DNA of 64,000 bases from Spirochaetia bacterium (GCA_965203055.1 OZ241863.1:2464001-2528000), one strand, 5' to 3'. Shown: positions 29,201-39,692, numbered from the stretch's first letter. Numbers and translations: made by a program. The notes: generated by a model from the letters alone, not told the origin.

Positions 29201-29221
29201 CGTTCAGCAGCCTTCAAGGGC

Positions 29222-29328
29222 GCGCATTTCCAAACGCAGCAGATAAGCGTCAGGCCGCCTGGCGGCTAGGAGGGTTTCTTGAAGTGCCAGCGCCGGGGCG
29301 CGCGCTTCCAAACGCAGGTAGCGTCAGT
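29222..29328 (-). repeat. Conserved motif, copies 3 (full) and 4 (partial, overlaps Uma2 stop codon)
   Basis: gcgcatttccaaacgcagcagataagcgtcaggccgcctggcggc and gcgcttccaaacgcaggtagcgtcag. Confidence 0.75.
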
Positions 29329-30124
29329 CGGACCTGCGGCGTAGCAATGCCTCGAGTTCGGCCAAACGCGCTTCGGCCGCTTGGCGGGCGGTGGCTTCCT
29401 GTTGGGCGCGGGTTTCTGCGGCCTGGCGGGCGGTGGTTTCCTGTTGGGCGCGGGTTTCTGCGACTTGGCGGGAGGCCGCCTCCTGCTCCGCGCGAGACTC
29501 CGCCTCCCGGCGTTGTTCGTCGGTCTCCGCCAAGTCCGGCAGCTCCCCAGGCTGCGGATCGTAGAACCTCAGCCGCCGGCCTGCCACCCGCAACTCCAGT
29601 CCCAGCACCTCGCTCCGCGCCGCCAACGTCCCGTCCGCCATCTCCCACCCCGGCAGCGGATCGTACTCTCCTTCCACCAACTCCAACCCCTGCAGCGGCG
29701 GCTGCAGGTAGTTCCGCGTCGGATCGTACTGCCAGTACTCCCTCACGCCCAGCCGGCGATACAACTCCCGCTTCCAGGTCTGATCGGCCCGCCACTTCCC
29801 CGGCGACGTGATCTCCAGCACGAAGTCGGGCGCCTTCTCCTCCTCCCACAGCAGGTACCTCGCGCGTTCTTCTTTCCGATTGCGCGCCCCGAACACCACG
29901 AACACGTCCGGCGCCACCCTTGCCAGCGTCCCTTCCTCGTAGTAGATCAGCAGGTTGCCGGAGGCGTGCACCTCGGGGCGGTTGCGGAAGTAGTGCCGGA
30001 GGCAGCTCACGGCGTACATGAGAGGTATCAGCTGCGACTCGCTTTCCGCCATCGGCTTGCCGTCCGAGCTGGGGTAGTCTATCGTCGCCGCCGGCGCCGG
30101 CGGTGCGCTGATTGAACTTGCCAT
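29324..30124 (-). CDS. Uma2 family endonuclease with repetitive tail
   Basis: YPSSDGKPMAES, VAPDVFVV, PDFVLEITS, GVREYWQYDP; AETRAQQE repeats. Confidence 0.9.
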   Translation of the reverse strand: MASSISAPPAPAATIDYPSSDGKPMAESESQLIPLMYAVSCLRHYFRNRPEVHASGNLLIYYEEGTLARVAPDVFVVFGARNRKEERARYLLWEEEKAPDFVLEITSPGKWRADQTWKRELYRRLGVREYWQYDPTRNYLQPPLQGLELVEGEYDPLPGWEMADGTLAARSEVLGLELRVAGRRLRFYDPQPGELPDLAETDEQRREAESRAEQEAASRQVAETRAQQETTARQAAETRAQQEATARQAAEARLAELEALLRRRSD

Positions 30125-30209
30125 TCGACCACGCCTCCAGACGCCGGCCAGCTTAGCACGCCGCGCGCCGGGTAGGCACGCGCGCGGGAAAGCGGCAGTA
30201 TCGTGCGGC

Positions 30210-31100
30210 ATGGCGCGCTATCCCGATCACACGCGGCCGCCGGTGCCGATGACCGGCGAACAGAAGTTCTTCTTCGACCTGCGCGGCTGGCTGGTCCTGC
30301 CGGCGGTGCTCTCGCCGGCCGAGCTGGACGCGGCGCGCGCGGAGTGCTACGCCGGCGTCGATCCGCTGGCGGAGCGCCCCGGCGGCGTCAAGGACGGCCA
30401 CTGCGGCGTGCTGCAGACCCTGCTCGATCATCCCGCGCTGGTCGGGGTGCTCTCCGAAATCCTGTCGGAGGAGCCGTTCGACCTGGCGGAGTGCTACGGT
30501 TTCCGCTGCGAGGATTCGCACGTCATCATGCGGCCTCCCGGCTGGCGCAAGAGCAACCGCGGCGACGACGGCATCCCGCACGTGGTGCGCCCGCCGCAGC
30601 TCGCCAACGCCATGCGCTACCAGGTCGCGGGAAACCGGATCTTCTCAGGCCTCACGCGCGTGGTATGGGAGCTGGAAGAAGTGAAGGCGGACCAGGGCGG
30701 CACCTCGTTTCTCAGCGGCTCCCACAAGGCGCACTTCGGCTACGGCGGCCCCGACCGGTTCGCCTCCAGCGCGGCCGGCTCGCCGTGGCTGGAGCGGATC
30801 CGCTCCGCCATGGACACCTACGCCTGCCCGGCCGGCTCGGTGGTGATCTTCACCGAGAGCGTGCTGCACGCCGCCAACGACTGGACCAACCCCGACAACG
30901 GGCGCTGCGCCATCTTCCAGTGCTACAACTCGGTGTGGGCGCAGTGGCACCGCCCCAACATCACCCCGGCGGAGATCGCCGCCATGCCGCCGAAACGGCG
31001 TTCGCTGTTCCGCGGGGTGTGGCAGCTCGGAGGCAACACCGCCTACTCCGCCGCCAACCGGACCTTGCTGCGCGCGTCGCCCCACCGCCGCGCCGGCTGA
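30210..31100 (+). CDS. Phytanoyl-CoA dioxygenase (PhyH) family protein
   Basis: FFFDLRGWLVL, GGTSFLSGSHK, PAGSVVIFTESVLHA. Confidence 0.8.
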   Translation: MARYPDHTRPPVPMTGEQKFFFDLRGWLVLPAVLSPAELDAARAECYAGVDPLAERPGGVKDGHCGVLQTLLDHPALVGVLSEILSEEPFDLAECYGFRCEDSHVIMRPPGWRKSNRGDDGIPHVVRPPQLANAMRYQVAGNRIFSGLTRVVWELEEVKADQGGTSFLSGSHKAHFGYGGPDRFASSAAGSPWLERIRSAMDTYACPAGSVVIFTESVLHAANDWTNPDNGRCAIFQCYNSVWAQWHRPNITPAEIAAMPPKRRSLFRGVWQLGGNTAYSAANRTLLRASPHRRAG

Positions 31101-31162
31101 ACCGGCCGCGGCCTCCGGGGACGAGACCGGCGGCCAAACCAGGTTGAACGAGGAGCGCCGCG

Positions 31163-31885
31163 CTGAAGTACGAGCTGGAGACGATTCCGGTGTGGGATGC
31201 CTACCACGCGGGAAGCGAGTGCCCCCTCTGCGCGCTGCAGCGCAAGGCGGAGCAGGAGTTCGTGCGGTTCTACGTCGGACACTCGGTGATGGTGCCGGAG
31301 CTGCGGGTGCAGGTGAATGACTCGGGGTTCTGCCGGACCCACTACCCGATGCTGCTGGAGGGCGGCAATCGCCTGGGGCTGGCGCTCATCACCCACACCC
31401 ACCTCGGCGAGCTGCGCGGCAAGCTGGACCGCCGGCTGGGAAACGCCAAGGCCGGCGCCGCCCTCAGACGGGAGATCGCGGGCTTCACCGCCTTCCTCAC
31501 GCAGCAACTGGACCGCTGCCTGATCTGCGGGCGCCTGGAGGAGCGCTTCCGGCGCTACAGCTACACGATCGTGCACCTGTGGCGCAGCGACCGCGAGTTT
31601 CGGCAGGTCTTCAACGCCTCCCGCGGCGTCTGCCTGGACCACGTCCGCGGCCTGCTGGCGATGGCCGTGAAGACGCTCCGGGCCGCGCCGCTGCGGGCGT
31701 TCGTCGGCGACCTGCTGGAGGCGCAGCGGCGCTCCTGGGAACGGCTGGAACGGGAGTTGCTGGCCTTCACCGGCACCTTCGACTACCGCGCCGCGGGCCC
31801 GCCCGATACCGCGGCCAAGGAGGCGGTCGCCGACGCCATCCGCAAGCTCACCGGGGCCGGCGTCCCGCGCGAGCCGCCTCCCTAG
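31163..31885 (+). CDS. DUF6062-like protein with Cys/His motifs
   Basis: ECPLC, GFCRTH, CLIC, GVCLDH, FDYR; probable CTG start after GAGGAG. Confidence 0.75.
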   Translation: MKYELETIPVWDAYHAGSECPLCALQRKAEQEFVRFYVGHSVMVPELRVQVNDSGFCRTHYPMLLEGGNRLGLALITHTHLGELRGKLDRRLGNAKAGAALRREIAGFTAFLTQQLDRCLICGRLEERFRRYSYTIVHLWRSDREFRQVFNASRGVCLDHVRGLLAMAVKTLRAAPLRAFVGDLLEAQRRSWERLERELLAFTGTFDYRAAGPPDTAAKEAVADAIRKLTGAGVPREPPP

Positions 31886-32003
31886 ACCTGCCCGGACGGC
31901 CCGCGCGCGCCGCCGCGGCGCCGGCCCCGTTCCGCCGGCCAGCTCGTGCCGCCGCGGCGGTTGGGTTGACCGCGCACGGCGGGCCGCCTAGGATGGCCAG
32001 CCT

Positions 32004-32957
32004 ATGGCGGACCTGCGCGCGGTACGGCACCTGGCGCCTACCCGGCATTCCACGTGGCGGCGCGTTGCGCGCGTGCTGCACAAGGATCGCTATCTCTACC
32101 TGATCTTCCTGCTGCCGTTCCTGTACTTCCTGATCTTCCACTACCTGCCGATCTACGGCGTCATCATCGCCTTCAAGGACTACAAGGTGGCGCTCGGCAT
32201 CTGGGGTTCCAAGTGGGTCGGCCTGCGCTACTTCACCGAGTTCCTCGCCGATCCCTACGCCTGGAAGCTGATTCGCAACACCATGCTGCTGTCGCTGTAC
32301 AGCATCATCTTCGGCTTTCCGGTGCCGATCATCCTGGCGCTGCTGCTCAACGAGTTGCGCGTCTCCTGGTTCAAGCGCGTGGTGCAGACGATCAGCTACC
32401 TGCCGCACTTCATTTCGGTGGTGGTAGTGGCCGGGATGGTCTCCAACTTCCTGGCCAGCGAAGGCCTCGTGAACCGCATCATCGTGGCGCTGGGCGGCGA
32501 GTCGTTCCAGTGGCTGATGCAGCCGCGCTGGTTTCCCTCCATCTACGTCATCTCCGGCATCTGGCAGCACGCCGGCTGGACCTCGATCATCTATCTGGCC
32601 GCCCTGGCGGCGATCGACCCGGAACTGTACGAGGCGGCCACCATCGACGGCGCGGGACGGTTCCGGCAGATGCGCCACATCACCCTGCCCGGCATCGCCC
32701 CCACCATCACCATCCTGCTGATCCTCGATCTCGGGCGTATCATGGTGGTCGGCTGGGAGAAGATCCTGCTGCTCTACACCGGCGCCACCTACGAGACCGC
32801 CGACGTGCTGCAGACCTACATCTACCGCCGCGGCCTGGAGGGCGCCGACTTCAGCTACGCCACCGCGGTCGGCGTGTTCCAGGGGCTGGTGGGGCTGGCG
32901 TTCGTGATCGGCGCCAACTACCTGTCGCGCCGCCTGTCGGACACCAGCCTGTGGTGA
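32004..32957 (+). CDS. ABC permease (LplB-like)
   Basis: VQTISYLPHFISVVV, LYEAATIDGA; promoter TTGACC-N17-TAGGAT at 31966-31994. Confidence 0.92.
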   Translation: MADLRAVRHLAPTRHSTWRRVARVLHKDRYLYLIFLLPFLYFLIFHYLPIYGVIIAFKDYKVALGIWGSKWVGLRYFTEFLADPYAWKLIRNTMLLSLYSIIFGFPVPIILALLLNELRVSWFKRVVQTISYLPHFISVVVVAGMVSNFLASEGLVNRIIVALGGESFQWLMQPRWFPSIYVISGIWQHAGWTSIIYLAALAAIDPELYEAATIDGAGRFRQMRHITLPGIAPTITILLILDLGRIMVVGWEKILLLYTGATYETADVLQTYIYRRGLEGADFSYATAVGVFQGLVGLAFVIGANYLSRRLSDTSLW

Positions 32958-33865
32958 AGTCGCTGCCGGCGGCGCGCTTGCGCGCCCTGCTGGGCGACCG
33001 CCCGCTCAGCTCCCATCTGTTCGACATGCTCAACATCGCGCTGCTGCTCGGCGTGATCTTCGTCACGCTCTACCCGATGTACTACATCGCTATCACATCG
33101 ATCTCCGACGGCAAGGAGGTGCTGCTCGGGCGGGTGCGCTTCTGGCCGCGCGGCCTCAACCTGCAATCCTACCAGAGCGTCCTGCGCGACCCGACCATCA
33201 TCCGCTCCCTGTTCAACTCCATCCTGTATACCTCGACCGGCACGCTGATCAACCTGGTGCTGTCCACCCTGTGCGCTTACCCGCTGTCGCGGCGCGACTT
33301 CTCGGGGCGCAAGCTGCTGACCCTGTACGCGGCGATCACCATGTTCTTCCAGGGCGGGTTGATCCCCCTCTACCTGGTGGTCCTCCAGCTCGGGCTGCTC
33401 GACACGATGTGGGCGATCGTGCTGGTACCGGCAATCAACCCCTTCTACATGTTCATCATGCGCACCTACTTTCAGGGCCAGCCGACGGCGCTGCACGAGG
33501 CGGCGATCATCGACGGCGCCAACGACGTGCAGATTCTGGGGCGCATCGTGGTGCCGCTGGCCAAGCCGATCATGGCCACCATGCTGCTGTTCTACGCCGT
33601 CCTGCACTGGAACAGCTTCTTACACGCGCTGATATTCCTAACCGAGAAGCGCCGCTACCCGCTGCAACTGATCTTGCGCAGCGTGGTCGTCGAGAGCACC
33701 TTCGATCAGATGAACGACATCGGCGCCGCCACCGACTTCATGGTGGTGGCGAAGACGATCCGGTTCTCGGTAATCATGGTTTCTACATTGCCCATTCTGT
33801 TGGTGTATCCCTTCCTGCAGAAGTATTTTGTGAAGGGCGTCATGATTGGCGCCCTGAAGGGATGA
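32954..33865 (+). CDS. ABC permease (LplC-like)
   Basis: AYPLSR, GGLIPLY, EAAIIDGA, YPFLQKYFVKGVMIGALKG. Confidence 0.92.
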   Translation: MKSLPAARLRALLGDRPLSSHLFDMLNIALLLGVIFVTLYPMYYIAITSISDGKEVLLGRVRFWPRGLNLQSYQSVLRDPTIIRSLFNSILYTSTGTLINLVLSTLCAYPLSRRDFSGRKLLTLYAAITMFFQGGLIPLYLVVLQLGLLDTMWAIVLVPAINPFYMFIMRTYFQGQPTALHEAAIIDGANDVQILGRIVVPLAKPIMATMLLFYAVLHWNSFLHALIFLTEKRRYPLQLILRSVVVESTFDQMNDIGAATDFMVVAKTIRFSVIMVSTLPILLVYPFLQKYFVKGVMIGALKG

Positions 33866-33909
33866 TCACATACGATGCGCGCCGCGAGCGCGCGAAAGGA
33901 GTTTCAACG

Positions 33910-35427
33910 ATGAGGTTTTCGTATTTGGCGGCAGGGCTGGCCCTGCTGCTCGTTGCCGGCACGGCGTGGAGCGCCGGCGAGGCCGAGGGGGGCGCTGCCG
34001 ACGAGCGGGTGACCATCACCTACATGCGCCCGGAGCACCCGTCGTCGCCGATCGATCCCGAGGCGCCGGTGTATGAGGCGATCCGCGAGGCGCTCAACAT
34101 CGACCTGCGGATCGAGGCGATTCCGAGCGGCGACTTCGACGCCAAGGTGCAGCTCCTGCTCGGCACCGCGCAGCTTCCCGACGTTACGCGGCTGCGGCAG
34201 CGGAGCGTGAACGACTTCGCCGACTCCGGCGTGTTCCTGGCGCTCAACGAGCCGGTGCAAAATCAGGCGCCGGCGCTGTGGGCCAAGATCGACGCCATTC
34301 CCGACGCCAGGAAGACGTTCATCGACGGCACCATGTACTACGTGCCGCAGATGGATTCCTTTCAGAAGATCCTCGCCCCGATACCGATGATCCGGCGCGA
34401 CCTGCTGGACGACGTCGGGCTGGAAATGCCGGACAGCTTCGACGAGCTGTACGACACGCTGGCCGCGTTCAAGCGGGAGTTTCCCGACAGCCAGCCATGG
34501 ACGGTGCGCGGCGGTACGCGCAACCTGCTCAACCGGGCCGCGTTTCCCATGGGCATGGGCTGGAGCATCCACTGGGTGCCCTCCGAGCAGCGCTGGGTGT
34601 ACGGCACGGTAAAGCCGGAGTTCCGCACCATCCTGGAGTACTTCCGCCGCGCCTACGAGGAGGGCGTGCTCGATCCCGACTTCGCCATCAACTCGTCGAG
34701 CCAGTGGCACGAGAAGCTCGGCTCCGGCAAGTCGCTGTTCTACTACGACAACATGACCTTCGGGCTGAACTACACGCTCAGCCTGCGGCAGGTGAAGCCG
34801 GAAGCGTTGTTCTGGCCGGTCCCGGTCATGGAGAACGAGTTCGGGTCGCGGCGCAACTTCTCCTATCCCCGGCACTGGCTCTCCTCCGGCTTCGCGGTGG
34901 CCGCCGACAGCGATCACCACGGCCGCATCATGGAGCTGTTCAACTGGATGGCCGACGGCGCAGGCGAGATCATTACCAACTGGGGCCTGGAGGGCGAACA
35001 CTGGCACCGCGTCAACGGCGAAATCGAGGCGCTGCCGGAGGTGCTCGACACCTACCGCGGCGCGTCGGACCCGCAGCGCGCGATGCGCGCCGGCATCGGC
35101 ACCGGGCTGCTTCAGTTCGCGCTGATCGTGGATCAGAAGCCGATCTACTACTTCGATCCGCCGGAGGTGTCGGACTGGTACGCGCAGGTCAACTCCGATC
35201 CCCACATGCACCTGCCGGTGCTGCCGCCCGCCTTCAACGAGGAGGAGCGCGAGCGCCTGAAGCGCTTGATCACCGACGTCGACAACATCCTCAACCCGGC
35301 GCTCGACGGCTTCATCGTCGGCACGCTGCCGATGGATCAGTTCGACTCCGTGATGGAGCAGGCGATCGCCGCCGGCGCCGAGGAGATCGAGGAGATCTAC
35401 AACACCGCCGAAGCGCGCCTGCGCTAG
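33910..35427 (+). CDS. ABC solute-binding protein (LplA-like)
   Basis: Signal peptide, IRRDLLD..GL..P, YEEGVLDPD, WGLEGEHW. Confidence 0.88.
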   Translation: MRFSYLAAGLALLLVAGTAWSAGEAEGGAADERVTITYMRPEHPSSPIDPEAPVYEAIREALNIDLRIEAIPSGDFDAKVQLLLGTAQLPDVTRLRQRSVNDFADSGVFLALNEPVQNQAPALWAKIDAIPDARKTFIDGTMYYVPQMDSFQKILAPIPMIRRDLLDDVGLEMPDSFDELYDTLAAFKREFPDSQPWTVRGGTRNLLNRAAFPMGMGWSIHWVPSEQRWVYGTVKPEFRTILEYFRRAYEEGVLDPDFAINSSSQWHEKLGSGKSLFYYDNMTFGLNYTLSLRQVKPEALFWPVPVMENEFGSRRNFSYPRHWLSSGFAVAADSDHHGRIMELFNWMADGAGEIITNWGLEGEHWHRVNGEIEALPEVLDTYRGASDPQRAMRAGIGTGLLQFALIVDQKPIYYFDPPEVSDWYAQVNSDPHMHLPVLPPAFNEEERERLKRLITDVDNILNPALDGFIVGTLPMDQFDSVMEQAIAAGAEEIEEIYNTAEARLR

Positions 35428-35442
35428 CGTCTGTCCGTTTGG

Positions 35443-35488
35443 GCCGCGTGTCCGGCCGGCGGCGGTTGCCGCCGGCCGGACACGCGGC
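35443..35488. terminator. 21-bp perfect hairpin between convergent operons
   Basis: gccgcgtgtccggccggcggc-ggtt-gccgccggccggacacgcggc; no U-tract. Confidence 0.6.
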
Positions 35489-35536
35489 AGTTCAGGGCTG
35501 GCGCACGCGCCGGAGAGCGCCCCCAAGCACCGCCAT

Positions 35537-36676
35537 CTACTGGTACGGATCGGCTGCGTCGCGCAGGCCGTCGCCGACGGCATTGAAGCAGAGCACGGTC
35601 ACTACGACGAAGAGCGCCGGGATCAGCAACCACCAGTGCAACGCGATCACGTTCACGTTCATGGCCTGCTGCAGGGCGACCCCCCAGCTCACCACCGGGG
35701 AGGTAAGACCAATGCCCAGGAAGCTGAGCGCGGTCTCGCCGAGAATCATGCCCGGTATCGCGAGCGTGACGTTTACGATCAGATAGCCGACGAAGTTGGG
35801 CAGCATGTGCCAGGTGATGATCCGGTAGTTGGTAGTGCCGCTCACCTTCGCCGCGGTGACGAAGTCCTCTTCCCTGAGCTGCAGGATCTTGCCGCGCACC
35901 GTACGCGCCAGCCCGGTCCAACCAAGGATGGAGAGGATCACCGACATCAGGAAGTACTTGGTCACCGTAGGCCACTCCAGCGGTATCGCCGCCCCCAGCG
36001 CCATCCAGAGTGGCAGCGTGGGCAGCGCCTCGATGAACTCCACGATGCGCTGGATGCCCAGGTCCACGCCGCCGCCGAGCAGGCCGGAGGCGCCGCCGAG
36101 CAGGGCGCCGAGCACGAAGCTGAGCGCGATGCCCACCAGGCCGATGGAAAGCGAGATCTGGGCGCCGTGGATGATTCGCGAGAATACGTCGCGGCCGAGG
36201 TCGTCGGCGCCGAACAGATAGACTACGCCCGGGTCGTCGACCCCGAACAGGCGCAGGTCGGCGTCGAACAGCCCCCAGAGCGTGTAGGGGGGCCCCTTGA
36301 CGAACAGTCTGAGCGGATAGCGCGTCTCCCGGTCTTCGGAGTACACCATCAGGAACGTGTCCATGTCCCGCTCCCGCGCCACGCCGTACACGAACGGCCG
36401 GTGCAGTCTTCCGTCATGGAAGAGGTGGATCCGCGCCGGCGGCAGCAACGCCAGTTCCGTCCTGCTCTGAATCTTGTCGTAGGGGGCGAAGAACCCGGCA
36501 AAGGCAGCCATGAAGTACAACAGCGCCAGAATCACCGCCGCCGCCACGGCCAGCTTGTGGCGGCCGAATCTGCGCCGCATCAGCTCCCAATGGGAAGCGA
36601 CGTAGTACTGTTCCCGTTCCGCCTCGGTGCGCCCGGTCGTGACACGCGGCCGCGGCGCCTGCGTTTCGGCGCTCAT
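35537..36676 (-). CDS. Peptide/nickel-type ABC permease (DppC-like)
   Basis: FGADDLGRDVFSR, ETALSFLGIG, GDGLRDAADP. Confidence 0.92.
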   Translation of the reverse strand: MSAETQAPRPRVTTGRTEAEREQYYVASHWELMRRRFGRHKLAVAAAVILALLYFMAAFAGFFAPYDKIQSRTELALLPPARIHLFHDGRLHRPFVYGVARERDMDTFLMVYSEDRETRYPLRLFVKGPPYTLWGLFDADLRLFGVDDPGVVYLFGADDLGRDVFSRIIHGAQISLSIGLVGIALSFVLGALLGGASGLLGGGVDLGIQRIVEFIEALPTLPLWMALGAAIPLEWPTVTKYFLMSVILSILGWTGLARTVRGKILQLREEDFVTAAKVSGTTNYRIITWHMLPNFVGYLIVNVTLAIPGMILGETALSFLGIGLTSPVVSWGVALQQAMNVNVIALHWWLLIPALFVVVTVLCFNAVGDGLRDAADPYQ

Positions 36677-37674
36677 CACGTCTGCCGCTCGAAGCGGATG
36701 CGCGGATCCACCACCACCAGCAAGAGATCGGACAACAGCGTACCGAACAGCCCCAGCGACCCCAGGAACAGTATCAGGCTGGCGGCAATCTGCAGATCCT
36801 GCTCGATGACCGCGGTCAACAACAGCGGCCCGACGGTAGGCAGGCTGAGCACGATCGACACGATCGCCTCGCCGGAGACGATTCCCACCAGCAGACCGGC
36901 CGTCCCGGACACGATCGGATTGATCGCCAGCCGGATCGGGTACTTGAACAGCAGGCGGCCCTCGGCGACCCCTTTCGCGCGCGCGGCCACGACGTATTGC
37001 CTGGCCAGTTCGTCCATGAGGGAAGTGCGCAACACGCGGATCATGCCGGCCGTGCCCGCGGTACCGATCACGATCAGCGGCACCGGCAGATGCTTCAACA
37101 GGTCGATCACCTTGCCGAAACTCCACGGCTCGATCAGGTACTCGGGCGAGAACAGGCCGCCCGGGCTCCAGCCGAAGTAGCGCTGGAAGACGAACATCAG
37201 GATGAGCGCCAGCAGGAAATTGGGCGTGGCCAAGCCCATGAACCCGAACACGGTGCCGGCGTAGTCCCCGGCCGAGTAGGGGTGAGTCGCGGAGTAGATC
37301 CCGATTGGCACTGCGATGAGCCAGGTGACTACCAGGGTGGACAGCGACAGAACGATCGACAGGAAGATGCGCTCCCCGATCAGCTCCGAGACCGGTCTGT
37401 TGTACGCGGCCGACTCGCCGAAGTCGCCGCGAAAGATAATGTTGGTGATCCACTTGTAGTACTGGACGTAGAAGGGATCCTTGAAGCCCCAGCGGCGGTT
37501 GAGTGCTTCGATGGCAGATTCGTCCAGAGTCACCCCGAACCGCTCCATGTAGTACACGAAGTTGTCTATCCAGTCTCCCGGCGGCAGTTGGATGATGGCA
37601 AAGGCGACGAAGGACAGCATCGTGAGCAGCAGGACCATGTAGAACAGGCGCCGCACGATGTAACTGCCCATCAT
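36676..37674 (-). CDS. Peptide/nickel-type ABC permease (DppB-like)
   Basis: YIVRRL, LPPGD, GDFGES, ARAKG, VDPRIR. Confidence 0.92.
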   Translation of the reverse strand: MMGSYIVRRLFYMVLLLTMLSFVAFAIIQLPPGDWIDNFVYYMERFGVTLDESAIEALNRRWGFKDPFYVQYYKWITNIIFRGDFGESAAYNRPVSELIGERIFLSIVLSLSTLVVTWLIAVPIGIYSATHPYSAGDYAGTVFGFMGLATPNFLLALILMFVFQRYFGWSPGGLFSPEYLIEPWSFGKVIDLLKHLPVPLIVIGTAGTAGMIRVLRTSLMDELARQYVVAARAKGVAEGRLLFKYPIRLAINPIVSGTAGLLVGIVSGEAIVSIVLSLPTVGPLLLTAVIEQDLQIAASLILFLGSLGLFGTLLSDLLLVVVDPRIRFERQT

Positions 37675-37778
37675 CGGAACGTAGAGCGCCCCTCGACCGC
37701 TGTCAAGCCAGCCCTTGCGCCGGCCGGCGGCCGCCCCGCCCCGGGGACGACCGCCGTGACTGCGGGGCTAGCGCGCGT

Positions 37779-39692
37779 TCAACTCTTGAAGAAGAACTGG
37801 TCGACGTAGTAGTTGAAGCCGATGTCGCCCTCGAAGAAGGGCGGAACCTTGTCCGGCACGTTGACCAGATTGGAGCGGTACACCATCACCATCGGAGCGG
37901 CCTGGGTGACGCCGATGTTCCACAGATTCTCGGCCTGCAGCTCCCAGGCCGCGGCACTGAGCCGCTTCTGTTCAGGGCTGCCGAAGGGGTGCTTCTTGCT
38001 CTGCACGATCTGCGTCTCGAAGTACTCCATCAGCTCCGGCGGCGGCTCTTCGCCCGGCAGAGCGCCGGTCTCGCCGGAGCGGCCGGTCCTGCGCTTGTGC
38101 ATCTCATCCCACCAGATCCAGTACTGGTGCGCCATGTGGGAGAGCGATTGATTGATGCCGCCGGTGGTGCTCAGGTAGTCCTGCATCTCGCCGATGGTCT
38201 CGTTCCAGCGGACGAAGTCGATCGTTCCGCCCGACATGCCCTGGTCGATCACCGAGATGTCCGCGGGCCGCAGTTCCAGGCCGATTCCGACCGCTTCGAA
38301 GTCCTCCTTCACCAGTTCGTAGGCGCGCAACGGCGTCTTGCCCGAGAACGCGTTTATCACGATGAACGGCTCGCCGTCGGGCAGCAGCCTGATGCCGTCG
38401 GCGTTGCGCTTGTCCAGACCGATGGCGTCGAGCATGCGGTTGGCCTGGTCCGGGGCATGGCGCGCGTAGGGGTGAGCTTCTCCCCACTCCGGCCGGTAGA
38501 TGCCGGCCAGCTTGGTGATCGTCATCTGCGACGGCGTACCCTGGCCGAGCCACTGCACTTCGTTGATCCGTTCGCGGTCGATCGCCAGTGAGATGGCACG
38601 CCGGAACTCCAGATTTTCGAAGTACTTCCGCTTGGCGGAATCCTTGACGTTGAGGTTGAACGCGTAGGCCAGGCCGACGCCCTCGAACCAGGATTCGATC
38701 AGATTGAGCCGGTAGTTGCCGGCGTTCCGCCCCTGTCTCAGGAGCGGGTAGGCATCCAGGGTCATCATGGCGTAGTCGGCTTCGCCGCCGATCACCTTCA
38801 GCCTGGTGGCCTCGCGGTCCTCCACGATCTGTATCAGACCCGAGTCGATGTAGGGAAGCTGCTGTCCGGCGCTGTCCACCGCGAAGTAGTAGGGGTTGCG
38901 TTCCTTGAGGCGGAAGGTGGGCTGCACGTCGACGAGCATGAACGGCGCCATGGTGGGCCGGTTGATGTCCCGCTGCGGGCAACAGAACGTCGAGTGATCG
39001 GCGAACGCCTCCTGCCAGTTCTCGAAGCCCTCCTCCTGCGCCTTCGCGTTGGCATCTTCGTTGTACTCGATGTGCCACTGCTTCAACCACGTGCTCGGCT
39101 GGTAGAACGTCCAGTCGGTGCCCTTGTAGGTCACCAGGTCGTTCAACACCTTGGGGTACGGCTCGCTGTACTCGATCACCACCGTATGGTCATCCACGGC
39201 GGTGACGGAGTTGACTTGCGAGGGCATTCCCCACACGTAGCCCAGCTCCTTCTTCTGCATCTCATTGAAGTGGAACGAGACGTCATGGGCGGTGAATGGA
39301 TCGCCGTTGGACCACTTGGTTCCTTCCCGCAGTGTCAGGGTGAAGGTCCGGTAGTCGTCGGAGAGATCGAAGTCCAGGGCCAGATCCGGCTCCAGCGATC
39401 CGTCGAAGCCCATTCGGATCGGGGTCGGAGTTCCCTCGGGATTCTCTCCCACCAGCGGCGCCCACGGATTCGGGCCAGTGCCGAAGACCAGAAGCCGCCC
39501 GCCATAGGTGCCCACTTCGTGAAAGGTTTCGCGCACTTTCGGCTCCAGCGGCAGCCGCTCCTCCACCGGTGGCAGCTCGCCCGCGGCAACCATAGCCGCA
39601 AGCATGGGAGCCTCCCGGTAGTCGCCCGGAGCGGCCCAGGCGAAGGCGACCATCAGCGGCACGACCGCTGCCATCAACAGGAACCTTTTCAT
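37779..39692 (-). CDS. ABC solute-binding protein, family 5
   Basis: LPPVEERLP, LREGTKWSNGDPFT, RNPYYF..GQQLPYID. Confidence 0.9.
   Translation of the reverse strand: MKRFLLMAAVVPLMVAFAWAAPGDYREAPMLAAMVAAGELPPVEERLPLEPKVRETFHEVGTYGGRLLVFGTGPNPWAPLVGENPEGTPTPIRMGFDGSLEPDLALDFDLSDDYRTFTLTLREGTKWSNGDPFTAHDVSFHFNEMQKKELGYVWGMPSQVNSVTAVDDHTVVIEYSEPYPKVLNDLVTYKGTDWTFYQPSTWLKQWHIEYNEDANAKAQEEGFENWQEAFADHSTFCCPQRDINRPTMAPFMLVDVQPTFRLKERNPYYFAVDSAGQQLPYIDSGLIQIVEDREATRLKVIGGEADYAMMTLDAYPLLRQGRNAGNYRLNLIESWFEGVGLAYAFNLNVKDSAKRKYFENLEFRRAISLAIDRERINEVQWLGQGTPSQMTITKLAGIYRPEWGEAHPYARHAPDQANRMLDAIGLDKRNADGIRLLPDGEPFIVINAFSGKTPLRAYELVKEDFEAVGIGLELRPADISVIDQGMSGGTIDFVRWNETIGEMQDYLSTTGGINQSLSHMAHQYWIWWDEMHKRRTGRSGETGALPGEEPPPELMEYFETQIVQSKKHPFGSPEQKRLSAAAWELQAENLWNIGVTQAAPMVMVYRSNLVNVPDKVPPFFEGDIGFNYYVDQFFFKS

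Noticed and set aside
1927..29328. Integron attC array interpretation of the shared motif
   Set aside because: No tyrosine integrase, no RYYYAAC/GTTRRRY ends, and copies are dispersed rather than one per cassette.
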